Source: an uncultured Bacillota bacterium (lineage in GTDB: Bacteria; Bacillota; Clostridia; Christensenellales; UBA1242). From it: a DNA stretch of 64,000 nucleotides. Within the stretch, counting starts at the first letter, position 1; the number at the start of each line of letters is the position of its first letter. Position numbers and translations under genes: made by a program. The notes under the pieces were generated by a model. That model saw nothing but the letters and a program-made list of their open reading frames with translations. It was not told where the DNA came from and made no database searches. Of this stretch, positions 17,323-28,299 are shown one piece after another. The stretch spans positions 161-64,160 of the forward strand of contig CASDUK010000002.1 of assembly GCA_949283975.1 (NCBI GenBank), written 5' to 3'.

Positions 17323-19320
17323 TTAGCTTGCTGGCGTTTCCTTTCCCTTCATTGGATTTGTGAAGGAATAGAATTTACATTTGTCACAAGCATAATAAGT
17401 TTTTCCTGCCCTACTTCGGCGAATTGAAACATTTCCCTCCTCACATTCAGGGCATTTTCCAATTATTTTCGGCTCATATTTTGGCTTGCTTGTTTCCAAT
17501 TTCATGACATTTGTGCAATTTGGATATGCGCTGCAACCAAGGAATTTTCCAAATCTGCCCTCTCTAACAACCATTGGTGCTCCGCACCTGTCGCAAACAA
17601 CATCTGTTTTCTCTGGTTGAATTTTAATTTTTTCCCTGCTTGCGCCCGCTTTAACCAAAAGCCCAGAAAAACTGTTCCAAAAACTTGTTGCAACATTTTG
17701 CCAGTTCTTGCCCTGTTCGGCAATTTCATCAAGACGGTTTTCCATGTCGGCAGTGAATTTAACATTAATAACCTGTCTAAAATTATTAGCAAGATATTGG
17801 TCAACAACTTTTCCAAGCTCTGTTGGAACAAGATATTTTCCATCGTGAACCGTGTAGCCTCTTGAATCTAGCGTTGTAATTGTCATTGCATATGTTGCTG
17901 GACGGCCAATTCCCTTTTCTTCCATTTCTTTAACAAGGCTTGCCTCGGTGTAGCGCGCAGGCGGTTTTGTAAATTTTTGTTCTGAAATTAGTTTAACAAA
18001 GTTAAGCTGCTCGCCTTCGCTCATCTTTGGAAGTTTTGAAGAGTCATCTTCCTTTTCCACATAGGATTTATAAACCGCCGTGTAACCCAAAAATTCAACA
18101 GTTTTTCCAACCGCTTTAAAACCATAGTTATTTGCAGAAACTTCAACATTTACATTATTGTAAATTGCCTCTGCCATTTGGCTTGCCAAAAATCTTTCAT
18201 AAATTAGTTTATACAACTTAAAATTATCTGGCGAAAGCGATGACATAACGCTTGATGGCGTTCTTTCAATTGAAATTGGTCTAATTGCCTCGTGGGCGTC
18301 TTGGGCTGTTTCTTTTGTTTTATAAATGTTTGGTTTAGACGGAACATATTGATCTCCAAACTCTCTTGCAATGTAGCTTAAAGCGCTTGCTTGGGCGTCT
18401 GGCGAAACCCTTGTGCTGTCTGTTCTAATATAGGTAATTAAGGCAATTTTCCCCTCGCCCTCAATTTCAACACCCTCATAAAGTTGTTGCGCGCAGAAAG
18501 AGGTTTTTTTAAGGTTCATTCCAAGTTTGTTAAGCGCATCTTGTTGCATTGTGCTTGTTGTAAAAGGCGCAGGCGCATGGCTTTTTGTTTGGGATTTTTT
18601 AATTTTAGAAACAAAGTAACTTGCGCCCTTTAAGTCGCCTTCAATTTGCTGAGCTTGCTCTTTGTTTTCAACTTTAATTTTCTTTCCGTCTTTGGTTGAA
18701 AGAGCGGCTTTAAATTTTTGTTTCTCTCCCGCCTTTTCAAGCTCTGCGCCTATGTTCCAATATTCCTCTGGAACAAAGGCCAAAATTTCTTTTTCTCTGT
18801 CAACAACAAGTTTAAGCGCAACGCTTTGAACGCGCCCAGCGCTTAACCTTGGCTTAATTCTCTTGCAAATAATTGGCGAAACTTTATATCCAACAATTCT
18901 GTCTAAAATTCGCCTTGTTTGCTGCGCGTTAACCAAGTTCATGTCAATTTCTCTTGGATTTTTTAAAGCTTCTGTAACTGCCTTTTTTGAAATTTCGTTA
19001 AAAACAATTCTACACTTTGTTTTTGGGTCTATTCCAAGAATATATGCAATGTGCCAAGCAATTGCCTCTCCCTCGCGGTCTGGGTCGGTTGCAATTAAAA
19101 CTTCATCAGCCCTTTTTGCCTTCTTTTTAAGTTCTTCAATAAGGTCTTCTTTGTCCTTCATAATTTCATATTTCGGCGTAATCGTTTTTAAATCAACGCC
19201 AAAATCTTTTTCAGGAAGATCTCTAACATGCCCCTTTGTTGCAAAAACATCAAAACCCGCCCCAAGATATTTTTTTAATGTTTCTCTTTTACCTGGCCCT
19301 TCAATAATAACTAATTTCAT
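17323..19320 (-). CDS. topA: DNA topoisomerase I
   Basis: TOPRIM (ATDPDREGEAIAWH), SAGRVQS, ITYIRTDS, GIGRPATY, C-terminal zinc ribbons. Confidence 0.97.
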   Translation of the reverse strand: MKLVIIEGPGKRETLKKYLGAGFDVFATKGHVRDLPEKDFGVDLKTITPKYEIMKDKEDLIEELKKKAKRADEVLIATDPDREGEAIAWHIAYILGIDPKTKCRIVFNEISKKAVTEALKNPREIDMNLVNAQQTRRILDRIVGYKVSPIICKRIKPRLSAGRVQSVALKLVVDREKEILAFVPEEYWNIGAELEKAGEKQKFKAALSTKDGKKIKVENKEQAQQIEGDLKGASYFVSKIKKSQTKSHAPAPFTTSTMQQDALNKLGMNLKKTSFCAQQLYEGVEIEGEGKIALITYIRTDSTRVSPDAQASALSYIAREFGDQYVPSKPNIYKTKETAQDAHEAIRPISIERTPSSVMSSLSPDNFKLYKLIYERFLASQMAEAIYNNVNVEVSANNYGFKAVGKTVEFLGYTAVYKSYVEKEDDSSKLPKMSEGEQLNFVKLISEQKFTKPPARYTEASLVKEMEEKGIGRPATYAMTITTLDSRGYTVHDGKYLVPTELGKVVDQYLANNFRQVINVKFTADMENRLDEIAEQGKNWQNVATSFWNSFSGLLVKAGASREKIKIQPEKTDVVCDRCGAPMVVREGRFGKFLGCSAYPNCTNVMKLETSKPKYEPKIIGKCPECEEGNVSIRRSRAGKTYYACDKCKFYSFTNPMKGKETPAS

Positions 19321-19329
19321 TAAATTCTC

Positions 19330-20472
19330 CTAAACTAATATATAACTGTTTCCTGGAACTTGTTTAACAATTCCCCTAATTTCAAGCATTGTTAAATTTG
19401 CGTTTAACTTTCCAATTTGAAAACCAGTTAACTCTGCAAGTTGTTCAATTGTTTTTTCTCCACTTTCAAGATGTTTTAAAATTAACTGATCGTCAAGTGA
19501 AAGTTGCAAATTTGAAACCGAAGGTGATTTTACAACATTTTCTCGAAAAGTGCAAACAATATCTTCAAAGCTTAAAACACATGCTCCCTGGGCGCTTCTA
19601 ATCAACCTGTTTGTTCCCTTGCTCATTGCGCTGTTAATGTTCCCAGGAACTGCAAAAACTTCTCGTCCAAGCTCCAAAGCAAATTCCTTTGTGTGAAGAG
19701 AACCGCTTTTCTCGCCCGCTTCGGTAAGCAAAATTCCAAGCGAAAGGCCGGCAATTATTCTGTTTCTTTGAGGAAATGTGTAAAGCGCGGGCTGCATGCT
19801 TGGCCTGTATTCTGTTATTAAAAGCCCCTCACGCGAAATTCGCTTTGCAAGTTCTGCGTTGAACGTTGGGAAAATGTGGTCAAACCCTCCTCCCAAAACC
19901 GCAATTGTTTTCCCTCCAGATTCAAGCGCTGTTTTATGGGCAACACTGTCAATTCCCGCCGCAAGGCCACTTACAATTGTAAAATTATTTTGCGAAAGAC
20001 CTTTGCAAAATTTTTCGGTTACAAGTTTCCCATAGGAAGTTGGCGTTCTTGTTCCAACAACGCCAATGCAATCTGAATTTAAAAGAGAAATATCCCCCAA
20101 ACAAAAGAGCGTTTGAGGAGGAAATTCAAGGTCTAAAAGTTTTTTAGGATAGTCCTTACTAAAAGGAGTTAGAACAACAATTTCCCTTGAATTTAAATTT
20201 TTAATATAGCTTTCCAAAAGGTTGTCTTCAATTGCCTTTTTCATTTGGGCAACTGTTTTGTGATATTTTTCAGAAATGTTTTCAGCCTGGGATTCTTTTT
20301 TCATAAGCTTTACAAACATTCTGTTAATTTCCCTTTCTCTTTCATAAAAATCTTCTAGAAGTTCGCCAGGTTCGTTAAAAAGGCTTAAAAGCTCGGCCTC
20401 CTTTTGAGGCATTAAATCAAACAAACTTAAAAATATCAAAGCTTTCTCATTTATACTATAATTTTTTTCCAT
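19330..20472 (-). CDS. dprA: DNA-processing protein DprA
   Basis: VVGTR, IVSGLAAGID, FPQRNRIIAGLS, SGSL, FAVPG; start placed at the ATG at 20472. Confidence 0.94.
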   Translation of the reverse strand: MEKNYSINEKALIFLSLFDLMPQKEAELLSLFNEPGELLEDFYEREREINRMFVKLMKKESQAENISEKYHKTVAQMKKAIEDNLLESYIKNLNSREIVVLTPFSKDYPKKLLDLEFPPQTLFCLGDISLLNSDCIGVVGTRTPTSYGKLVTEKFCKGLSQNNFTIVSGLAAGIDSVAHKTALESGGKTIAVLGGGFDHIFPTFNAELAKRISREGLLITEYRPSMQPALYTFPQRNRIIAGLSLGILLTEAGEKSGSLHTKEFALELGREVFAVPGNINSAMSKGTNRLIRSAQGACVLSFEDIVCTFRENVVKSPSVSNLQLSLDDQLILKHLESGEKTIEQLAELTGFQIGKLNANLTMLEIRGIVKQVPGNSYILV

Positions 20473-20587
20473 CAAAATTTTCCTAAACTTAAAACCAAGT
20501 TTAGCACAAATCCTAGATTTATAAAACTTTTTTAACAAAAATAAAAGTTACATAATATATTTTTGAATATGACAAATAATATTTTAG

Positions 20588-22849
20588 ATGAAAAAGGCAA
20601 AAAAGATTAGCTTAACAATTTTTTGTTGTCTTCTTGGCTTTTTGTTGATTGCAACAAGCGTTGGGCTTGGAGTTTATTTTTCAATAACAAAAAACCAGTC
20701 TTTTGAAAAAGAAAAACTTGTTGATCCAAGTTTACACATTGAGGTTTTTGATAGTGAAAATAACTTAATCTCAGATAAAAATATGTTCAACAATCAATAC
20801 ATAAACCTTTCTTCGTTAAATCAAAACACAATTGACGCCTTTATTTCAATTGAGGACAAGTCTTTTTTCAGCCACAACGGAATTAATTTAAAAAGAATGG
20901 CTAGCGCAATGCTTAAAAACCTTGGGAAGGGAAGGTTTGTTGAAGGCGCATCAACAATTAGCCAGCAGCTAATTAAAAACACCCACCTTTCAAGCGAAAA
21001 GACGCTTGAAAGAAAGATTAAAGAAATTTCTCTTGCTCTAAAAATGGAAAAGCAACTTTCCAAAGAGGAAATTTTGGAAAACTATTTAAATTTAATCTAT
21101 TTTGGAAACAACATCTATGGAATTGAAAATGCAAGCAACTTCTATTTTTCAAAGCCTTCAAGCGAGCTTTCTCTTGAAGAAAGCGCTCTTCTTGCTGGGC
21201 TTATAAAATCCCCGGCAAACTACTGTCCAATTTCAAACCCAGAGCGCGCAAAACAGCGGCGAAACCTTGTTCTTTGCGAAATGAAAAGAGATGGAAAAAT
21301 TTCAGACGAAACCTATAAAACTGCATGTGAAAGCGAAATTGTTTTGAACATAGATAAGAATTTTGATCGCGGGCAAAACAGCTATTCTCAACAAGCAATT
21401 TTTGAGGCGGAAAAGATTTTAAAAATGCCAGCAAAGCAAATTGCGCTTGGCGGATACAAAATTTACACTTTTTTAAATCAAGAAAAACAAGCAAGCCTTC
21501 AAAATGCAATCTTAAATGAGGGGCTTGGTTTTGACCAAGCAGGAATTTCAATTAACAACAAAACCCATGGAATTGAGGCGTTTTTTGGGAAGAGTCCATA
21601 TAACATTTTGAATTCAAAGCGCCAGCCAGGTTCGGCAATTAAACCAATTTTAGTTTATGGGCCAGCAATTAATGAAAACATAATTAGCCCCGCAACCAAA
21701 ATTTTAGATGACGAAATTAACATAAACGGTTACTCTCCAAAAAACTACAACAACTCATATAGCGGATATATCAGCGTTAGAGAGGCCGTTAGCAAGTCAA
21801 TTAACATTCCAGCTGTAAAAACTCTTTCCTATCTAAAAATTCCAAAAGCAAAAAGGTATGCAACGCGGCTTGGAATTGAATTTGACAGTTTAGATTGCGG
21901 CTATGCACTTGCGCTTGGCGGAATGACCTATGGAACAACGCTTAAAACACTTTGCGGGGCATACACTGTTTTTGCCTCGAGCGGAAGCTATGTTGAACCC
22001 TCGTTTATTTCGCAAATAACAGATAAAAACGGACGCGTTGTTTATAAAAAAATTTGTGTTGAGGACCAAGTTTTTAGAGAGGATTCAAACTATTTAACTC
22101 TCTCAACTCTTTTAACTTGCGCTAAAGAGGGAACGGCAAAAAAACTTTCTTCTCTTCCCTATCAAGTTGCAGCAAAAACCGGAACAGTTGGCTCAAGCCT
22201 AAACAACAGCGATGCATATTGCCTTGCCCTATCAAGCGCAGACACTGTTGGAATTTGGATTGGAGATTATTCCAATAACAACATTGGCTCTTTAACCGGA
22301 GGAAACCAACCAACAAACATTGCAAAAAACTATTTTAAATCAATTTATAAAACGGAAACTCCAAAGGATTTTGAAGTTCCGTCAAGCGTTTCAACCATTG
22401 AAATTGACGCAATTGAATATGACAAAAACAACATTGTCTTACGGGCAAACGACTACACTCCTCAAAGGTATAAAATTTGCGAAGTTTTTTCAAGGTTCAA
22501 CCTTCCAAAGGAAAAGTCAACAAACTTTTTAGAAATTGCTCCGCCAACCTTAAATGGAAAAGTTGAAAACGGAAATTGCGTGTTTAATTTTAACGCAGAA
22601 AGCTATCTTTGCTATGAACTATATCGCCAAGAGGAAGAGGAAGATGTTTTAATTAAAACCTTTGAAGGCGAAAGCGGAAACATAACCTACACTCTTCCAA
22701 AAAGCCAAAATAAAACAAAGTTCTATTTGATTACTAAAATTAAAAACCATGCAACAAAACAAGAGCTTGTAAGCGAAAAATCAAACATTGTTGAATTTGT
22801 TGGCGAAAGCTCTTCGTCAACTCAAACGAAAAAAAGTTGGTATGTTTAA
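20588..22849 (+). CDS. Class A penicillin-binding protein (transglycosylase/transpeptidase)
   Basis: EDKSFFSHNG, GASTISQQLIKN, RKIKE, PGSAIKP (SxxK), SIN, KTG. Confidence 0.93.
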   Translation: MKKAKKISLTIFCCLLGFLLIATSVGLGVYFSITKNQSFEKEKLVDPSLHIEVFDSENNLISDKNMFNNQYINLSSLNQNTIDAFISIEDKSFFSHNGINLKRMASAMLKNLGKGRFVEGASTISQQLIKNTHLSSEKTLERKIKEISLALKMEKQLSKEEILENYLNLIYFGNNIYGIENASNFYFSKPSSELSLEESALLAGLIKSPANYCPISNPERAKQRRNLVLCEMKRDGKISDETYKTACESEIVLNIDKNFDRGQNSYSQQAIFEAEKILKMPAKQIALGGYKIYTFLNQEKQASLQNAILNEGLGFDQAGISINNKTHGIEAFFGKSPYNILNSKRQPGSAIKPILVYGPAINENIISPATKILDDEININGYSPKNYNNSYSGYISVREAVSKSINIPAVKTLSYLKIPKAKRYATRLGIEFDSLDCGYALALGGMTYGTTLKTLCGAYTVFASSGSYVEPSFISQITDKNGRVVYKKICVEDQVFREDSNYLTLSTLLTCAKEGTAKKLSSLPYQVAAKTGTVGSSLNNSDAYCLALSSADTVGIWIGDYSNNNIGSLTGGNQPTNIAKNYFKSIYKTETPKDFEVPSSVSTIEIDAIEYDKNNIVLRANDYTPQRYKICEVFSRFNLPKEKSTNFLEIAPPTLNGKVENGNCVFNFNAESYLCYELYRQEEEEDVLIKTFEGESGNITYTLPKSQNKTKFYLITKIKNHATKQELVSEKSNIVEFVGESSSSTQTKKSWYV

Positions 22850-23193
22850 AACTCGCTAAGCGCCAAGCTTGCAGCCTTTGAATATGCCCTAACAAGTCCG
22901 CCTGCGCCAAGCTTAATTCCGCCAAAATATCTTACAACAACAACTAAAACATTTGACAAATTTTGTTTTTGAATTACATTTAAAATTGGTTTTCCTGCCG
23001 TTCCGCTTGGCTCGCCATCGTCAAAGGCTTTAACCAAAAATTCTGTTCCAGAAATAACATAGGCAAAGCAAACATGAGTTGCCTTTTTGTTTTTAAGTTT
23101 AATTTCCTCTAAAACATTTTTAACTTCTTCAAGTGTTTCAACCTTGAAAGAAGAGGAAATGAATTTGCTTTTTTTAATTTCAATTTCTGCCAT
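22846..23193 (-). CDS. YigZ/IMPACT family protein (N-terminal domain only)
   Basis: KKSKF, ATH.CFAY, DDGEPSGTAGKP, RYFGGIKLGAGGLVRAY. Confidence 0.92.
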   Translation of the reverse strand: MAEIEIKKSKFISSSFKVETLEEVKNVLEEIKLKNKKATHVCFAYVISGTEFLVKAFDDGEPSGTAGKPILNVIQKQNLSNVLVVVVRYFGGIKLGAGGLVRAYSKAASLALSEF

Positions 23194-23199
23194 AAAAGC

Positions 23200-24465
23200 C
23201 TAACTTAAAACAACTTTAACAAAGTTTTTCTTTCCCTTTTTCAAAAGGGCAAAACCTTCATTAAAATCAACATCAGAAAAAAATTCGTTTGGGTCTAAAA
23301 GTTTTTTGTTGTTTACAAAAAAACCTCCCTGAGAAACAAGCCTTCTTCCCTCGGAAATGCTTGAAATTAAATTTGCCCTTTGCGCAACTTCCAAAATTCT
23401 AACCTTTTCTTTAAATTCTTTCATTGTAAGATTATATGTTGGAACAGAAGAGGTGTCAAATCCGCCTTCAAAAAGCGCTGCAGCCGCGCTAACCGCCTTG
23501 TTTGCCTCCTCTTCTCCGTGAATCAATTTTGTTATCTCAAATGCCATAAGTTTTTTGGCCGCGCGAACATCTGTTTCGGCAAGGCTTTCAATTTCCGAAA
23601 TTTCATAATTTGTAAAAAGCTTTAAAAGTTTAACAACATCTCTGTCGTCAACATTTATGAAATATTGATAAAACTCATATGGCGAAGTTTTTTCCTTTGA
23701 AATCCAAAGAGCACCCTTTGAAGTTTTTCCCATCTTTTTTCCGTTTGCATCGGTTAGAAGCGGACATGTTAGCGCTTGAAAAGCCTCTGGGTCTTTCCCC
23801 TCCAAAAAGTTGAGTTTTCGGCCAAGCTCTGCCCCGGCAACAATGTTCCCCCATTGGTCGCTTCCTCCAATTTGAAGTTGGCAGCCATATTTCCTGTTTA
23901 AATACACGAAATCATATGCTTGAATGAGCATGTAGCCCATTTCCAAGAATGTTAGCCCGCCAGCAGCCAAACGGCTTGCACAAGACTCCGAGGCAAGCAT
24001 GTGGTTAACGTTAAAATGTTGGCCTATGTCCCTCATAAAATCAACATAGTCATAGCCTCTAATCCAATCCGCATTGTTAACAATTATTGCTGGGTTTTCT
24101 CCTTCTAACCTAACGGCCTTTCCAATTGTTTTTTTAATGTTTTGAAAGTTTGCTTTAATGAAGTCGTCTGTAACCATGCTTCTCATGTCGTTCCTTCCGC
24201 TTGGGTCGCCAATCATTGCCGTTGCGCCGCCAAGAAGAACAATAACCCTGTGGCCAACTTGCTGAAATTTTCTAAGCATTAAAAGCGAAAAAAAGTGGCC
24301 AATATGAAGGCTGTCTGCCGTTGGGTCAATTCCAACATAGATTGTTGTTTTTTTGCTGTTGCAAAGTTTTCTAACTTCCTCCTCATTAGTCATTTGATAA
24401 ACAAAGCCGCGCTGCTTTAGATGCTCAAAAAGATTTTCTTTTTTAATTTCAACTTCTTTCATCAC
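23200..24465 (-). CDS. tyrS: Tyrosine--tRNA ligase
   Basis: GIDPTADSLHIGH, IGDPSGR, GGSDQWGNI, KMGKT, S4 tail. Confidence 0.97.
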   Translation of the reverse strand: MMKEVEIKKENLFEHLKQRGFVYQMTNEEEVRKLCNSKKTTIYVGIDPTADSLHIGHFFSLLMLRKFQQVGHRVIVLLGGATAMIGDPSGRNDMRSMVTDDFIKANFQNIKKTIGKAVRLEGENPAIIVNNADWIRGYDYVDFMRDIGQHFNVNHMLASESCASRLAAGGLTFLEMGYMLIQAYDFVYLNRKYGCQLQIGGSDQWGNIVAGAELGRKLNFLEGKDPEAFQALTCPLLTDANGKKMGKTSKGALWISKEKTSPYEFYQYFINVDDRDVVKLLKLFTNYEISEIESLAETDVRAAKKLMAFEITKLIHGEEEANKAVSAAAALFEGGFDTSSVPTYNLTMKEFKEKVRILEVAQRANLISSISEGRRLVSQGGFFVNNKKLLDPNEFFSDVDFNEGFALLKKGKKNFVKVVLS

Positions 24466-24538
24466 TTTCTCCTATGAGGTTATAATAGTTTCTTTAAATA
24501 GATTTGTCAAATAAAAAAGAAGTGATATAATATTTTTA

Positions 24539-25165
24539 ATGCAAGAAATAACAAATTTAGTTAAAAGCGGAAAGGATAATTACAACGTTTTTTTAGACGG
24601 TGTTTTCTTTTGCAAATTAAACGCAGAAACAATTTTAAAAGAAAAATTAAAAGTTGGAATGTTTATTTCAAAAGAAAAATTGGAATCTGCCCAACTTGAA
24701 AATGAAAAAATTGTTGCCTTTGAAAAAAGCCTTAAATATCTTTCAAACCCAAAAACAAAAAAGCAGGTTTCGGATTATCTTTTTTCAAAGGGTTATGCTT
24801 CGCAAACGGTTTCACACTGTTTGGGCAAGTTAGATGAATATGGCTATTTAAACGATGAGGCCTTTGCAAGGCAATTTATTGAAAGTTATAAACACAAAAA
24901 AGGAAGGCGGCTTTTAGAATTTGAGCTAGGCTCAAAAGGTGTTAGCCCAGAAGTTTCAAAAAAGGTTTTAGAAGATTTAACAACCGATGAGGAATACATA
25001 ATTAATTTGGCAGAAAAATATTTAAAAAATAAAGAAAAAAATAGTCAAACTGCAAAAAAACTTTTTAACCATCTTTTTTCAAAAGGTTTTTCATTTGAAG
25101 AAATTAGCCCCGTTGTAAAAAAATTAATTTATGAATTTGGAGATGAAAATGAAGATTGGAATTGA
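24539..25165 (+). CDS. recX: RecX family regulatory protein
   Basis: YNVFLDG.F, GYLNDEAFA, EL..KGV, L..KGFS. Confidence 0.85.
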   Translation: MQEITNLVKSGKDNYNVFLDGVFFCKLNAETILKEKLKVGMFISKEKLESAQLENEKIVAFEKSLKYLSNPKTKKQVSDYLFSKGYASQTVSHCLGKLDEYGYLNDEAFARQFIESYKHKKGRRLLEFELGSKGVSPEVSKKVLEDLTTDEEYIINLAEKYLKNKEKNSQTAKKLFNHLFSKGFSFEEISPVVKKLIYEFGDENEDWN

Positions 25166-25496
25166 CCTATTGGAAATTGAAAGAATTAATTTGTCTAAAA
25201 ATTTTTTAAACAAAATATTAACAGAAAATGAACAAAAATTTATTGAAAAATTCCAAAATAAAAAAGAAAAAATAGGCGGGCTTTTTTGCGCAAAAGAGGC
25301 TGTTTTCAAAGCCCTTGATTTAAAAATTTTCAAGCCAAAATTAATTGAAATTTCCAAATCCTCTTCCGGCCGCCCAATTGTTAAATTGTTTGGAGAATAT
25401 TTGGAACACTTTAATTCTAACTACAAAAAAATTGACATTTCAATTACACACACCAAAACTCTTGCCCAAGCAATTTGTTTAATTGAAGAAAAATAA
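25149..25496 (+). CDS. acpS: Holo-ACP synthase
   Basis: IGIDLLEIER, FCAKEAVFKAL, GRP, ISITH. Confidence 0.9.
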   Translation: MKIGIDLLEIERINLSKNFLNKILTENEQKFIEKFQNKKEKIGGLFCAKEAVFKALDLKIFKPKLIEISKSSSGRPIVKLFGEYLEHFNSNYKKIDISITHTKTLAQAICLIEEK

Positions 25497-25504
25497 TATT
25501 TAGA

Positions 25505-25537
25505 AAAAAGGAACTTGCATTATTAAAGTTCCTTTTT
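25505..25537. terminator. Bidirectional terminator between acpS and rubrerythrin
   Basis: AAAAAGGAACTT...AAGTTCCTTTTT inverted repeat between convergent genes. Confidence 0.7.
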
Positions 25538-25562
25538 GTTTATTTATTTTTTATTTATTTAA

Positions 25563-26114
25563 TTATTTATTTTCTGGTTTAATACACTTAATTTCTTTGA
25601 AATATGATTGAGGGTGTTCGCAAACTGGGCAAACAGAAGGAGCAGCTTTTCCAAAGTGGATATGGCCGCAATTTAAACATTTCCATGCAACAATTTCGTC
25701 CTTTTTAAATGTTGAGCCAGCTTTAATTTCATCAATCAATTTTTGATATCTTTCCTCATGGTGTTTTTCAATTGCAGCAACTGCCTCAAATTGATATGCA
25801 AGCCTTTCGAAGCCCTCTTCCCTTGCTTCTTTTGCCATACGTTTATACATTTCTGTCCATTCGCCATGTTCGCCTTGTGCGGCGTCAAGCAAATTGTCAA
25901 GAGTCATTGGAATTGCGCCGCCGTGAAGAGCTTTAAACCACATTTTTGCGTGTTCTTTTTCGTTGTTTGCCGTTTCTTCAAAAATGTTTGCAATTGCCTC
26001 ATAGCCGTCCTTCTTTGCTTTGGAAGCGTAATATGTATATTTGTTTCTTGCTTGGCTTTCCCCTGCGAAAGCTTCCATTAAATTCTTTTCTGTTTTACTT
26101 CCTTTCAAATTCAT
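25563..26114 (-). CDS. rbr: Rubrerythrin
   Basis: [27 protein letters not shown]-terminal CLNCG...CPVC rubredoxin domain. Confidence 0.95.
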   Translation of the reverse strand: MNLKGSKTEKNLMEAFAGESQARNKYTYYASKAKKDGYEAIANIFEETANNEKEHAKMWFKALHGGAIPMTLDNLLDAAQGEHGEWTEMYKRMAKEAREEGFERLAYQFEAVAAIEKHHEERYQKLIDEIKAGSTFKKDEIVAWKCLNCGHIHFGKAAPSVCPVCEHPQSYFKEIKCIKPENK

Positions 26115-27550
26115 TTTCTATCTCCTTTAAATTTAATTTCATCTGAGCGGTCGAAATATTTTGTGTGAAGAAGCATTTTGCTAATGTCACTAAGCGGCCT
26201 TTCCAAAAACTCTTCATAAATTTTCTTAATTTCTGGGTTTTTGTGGGCGCTTCTAATTTCAAGCCCCTCGTCTTTTAAGTATAGCGCATCTCCTCTTTTT
26301 TTCCTAATAAAATCATCAACATTTTTAACCTTTGGCTGGCCTCCTCCGCCGGCGCAACCTCCGCGGCAGGTCATAACCTCAATAAAATCATAGTCAGCAG
26401 TTTTGTTCTTAATTTTTTTAATAAGTTCATGGGCGTTTCTAATTCCGTTAACAACCGCAACTTTAACCGTTGCCCCGCCAATGTTAACTTCGTCTTCCTT
26501 AACGCCCTCCATTCCTCTAACTTTTTCAAGTTTTAAAATGTGGTCGGTTGGTTCTTTCCCAGTTAAAATGTAATGGGCTTCGCGAAGAGCGGCTTGCATA
26601 ACGCCGCCCGTTGAGCCAAAAATTACGCCCCCTCCCGAGCCTCTTTGGCAAATTTCATCAAAATTTCCGTCATACAAATTTCCATATGGAATGTTCTGTC
26701 GCCTAATCAAATGGGCAAGTTCTCGCGTTGTTAAAACATAGTCAACATCTTTAATTCCGGGCATATACCCAAAATCGTCCGAAACCGAAAGTTCTTCTCT
26801 TGTTATCTCATATTTTTTGGAAGTGCAAGGGGTTATAACAACATGAACAATATCTTCTGGCTTTTTGCGCTTTTGTCTTGCAAAATATGTTTTTATAATT
26901 GCGCCTTGCATTGAAATTGGGCTTTTTGCCGTTGATAAATTTGGAATTAGCGAAGGCTCGAAAAGTTCAACAAACCTAACCCAAGAAGGGCAACAACTTG
27001 TAAACATCGGAAGTTTCCCCTCCTTTTTTGTAATTCTATTTACAAGTTCATTTGCCTCTTCCATAATTGTTAAATCTGCCCCAAAGGTAACGTCAAAAAC
27101 ATAGTCAAACCCAAGCATTCTAAGCGCCGTAACCATCTTTCCTTCGTCATAAAGACCAACATCAAACCCAAACTCCTCTGCAAGGGCAACTCTAACCGCC
27201 GGCGCAGTTGAAACAACTAAAACTTTGTCAAAATTGTTCAGCTCCTCTAAAACCTTTCGATAGCTTGCCTTTTCTCTAAGAGCGTTAACGCCGCAAGCAA
27301 GCGTGCACTGGCCGCAGCCAATGCAAACATCAATTGTTCCTTGTTTGTTAACGCCATAATATTCCCCAAGTCCCGTTGCCTCCTCACACATCTGCTTGCA
27401 ACGGCCGCATTTTATACACTTTGAAACATCGCGAAACAAACATGGGTTTTTTTCGTCAACAAAAACCCTAATGCTTTCATCTAACTTCTTTTTTAAATTC
27501 TCTTTAAGTTTTGCTTGTTTTAATTTTTTAACATCCACCATTCTATCCAA
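26111..27550 (-). CDS. hydA: [FeFe] hydrogenase, group A, with 2x[4Fe-4S] N-terminal domain
   Basis: CIKCGRC...C, CIGCGQC...C; H-cluster motifs [32 protein letters not shown]. Confidence 0.92.
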   Translation of the reverse strand: MDRMVDVKKLKQAKLKENLKKKLDESIRVFVDEKNPCLFRDVSKCIKCGRCKQMCEEATGLGEYYGVNKQGTIDVCIGCGQCTLACGVNALREKASYRKVLEELNNFDKVLVVSTAPAVRVALAEEFGFDVGLYDEGKMVTALRMLGFDYVFDVTFGADLTIMEEANELVNRITKKEGKLPMFTSCCPSWVRFVELFEPSLIPNLSTAKSPISMQGAIIKTYFARQKRKKPEDIVHVVITPCTSKKYEITREELSVSDDFGYMPGIKDVDYVLTTRELAHLIRRQNIPYGNLYDGNFDEICQRGSGGGVIFGSTGGVMQAALREAHYILTGKEPTDHILKLEKVRGMEGVKEDEVNIGGATVKVAVVNGIRNAHELIKKIKNKTADYDFIEVMTCRGGCAGGGGQPKVKNVDDFIRKKRGDALYLKDEGLEIRSAHKNPEIKKIYEEFLERPLSDISKMLLHTKYFDRSDEIKFKGDRK

Positions 27551-28295
27551 TTTCCTTTGTTTTATCTTCTTTCTTTTCTTGTTTAATTTCTTTCTTTTCT
27601 GCCTTAATATCCTCTTTTGAATAAACTTTTTTTAAGGATTTTTTTAAGTTTGCTTTATTTTCTTTTCCAACAAGTAATCTGAAAATATTTTGCCTGTGCA
27701 TGAACCAAGTTAAACAGAACATGACAAACAAAAGAATTGTTACAACAAGGTTTTTATTTTCGCCTGTATATTTAAGTGCTTCAATGAAAGTTAAAATCGA
27801 AATAAAAATAAACGATGCAACTGCTGCATAATCAAAAATGTAAAGATAGATAAAACCAAAAACAAAGCAAATTGCAACCCAAAGAGGCGAAGAAACAAGA
27901 AAAACACCAAGCATGCAAGCAACGCCCTTTCCGCCTTTAAATTTATATATAACTGGAAAATTATGGCCAAGAATTACGGAAATTCCGCCAATATAAAGCC
28001 CCATCATTGCCTCTTGAGAGGAATGGAGCCCCCAAATATCTAAACTGCTTCCATCAAGCCCGCCAAACATAAAAAAGCCCAAAAGAGCGGCAATTGCGCC
28101 TTTAAAGGCATCAAAAACCAAAGTTAAAAAACCTGCCTTAAACCCAAATGATCTTAGCATGTTCATCGTTCCGGGGTTTCCGCTTCCCTTTTTAGTTATG
28201 TCTTCCTTCATTCTTCCAGAAAGGATTCTTGCAAAGTTAATGTTGCCAAGAAAGTAGGAAACAACTATAACAACAACAAATCTCCACCATTCCAT
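27543..28295 (-). CDS. plsY: Glycerol-3-phosphate acyltransferase PlsY
   Basis: GSGNPGTMN.LR, D.FKG, GHNFP, FKGGKGVA, HRQNI.RL. Confidence 0.93.
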   Translation of the reverse strand: MEWWRFVVVIVVSYFLGNINFARILSGRMKEDITKKGSGNPGTMNMLRSFGFKAGFLTLVFDAFKGAIAALLGFFMFGGLDGSSLDIWGLHSSQEAMMGLYIGGISVILGHNFPVIYKFKGGKGVACMLGVFLVSSPLWVAICFVFGFIYLYIFDYAAVASFIFISILTFIEALKYTGENKNLVVTILLFVMFCLTWFMHRQNIFRLLVGKENKANLKKSLKKVYSKEDIKAEKKEIKQEKKEDKTKEIG

Positions 28296-28299
28296 AACG

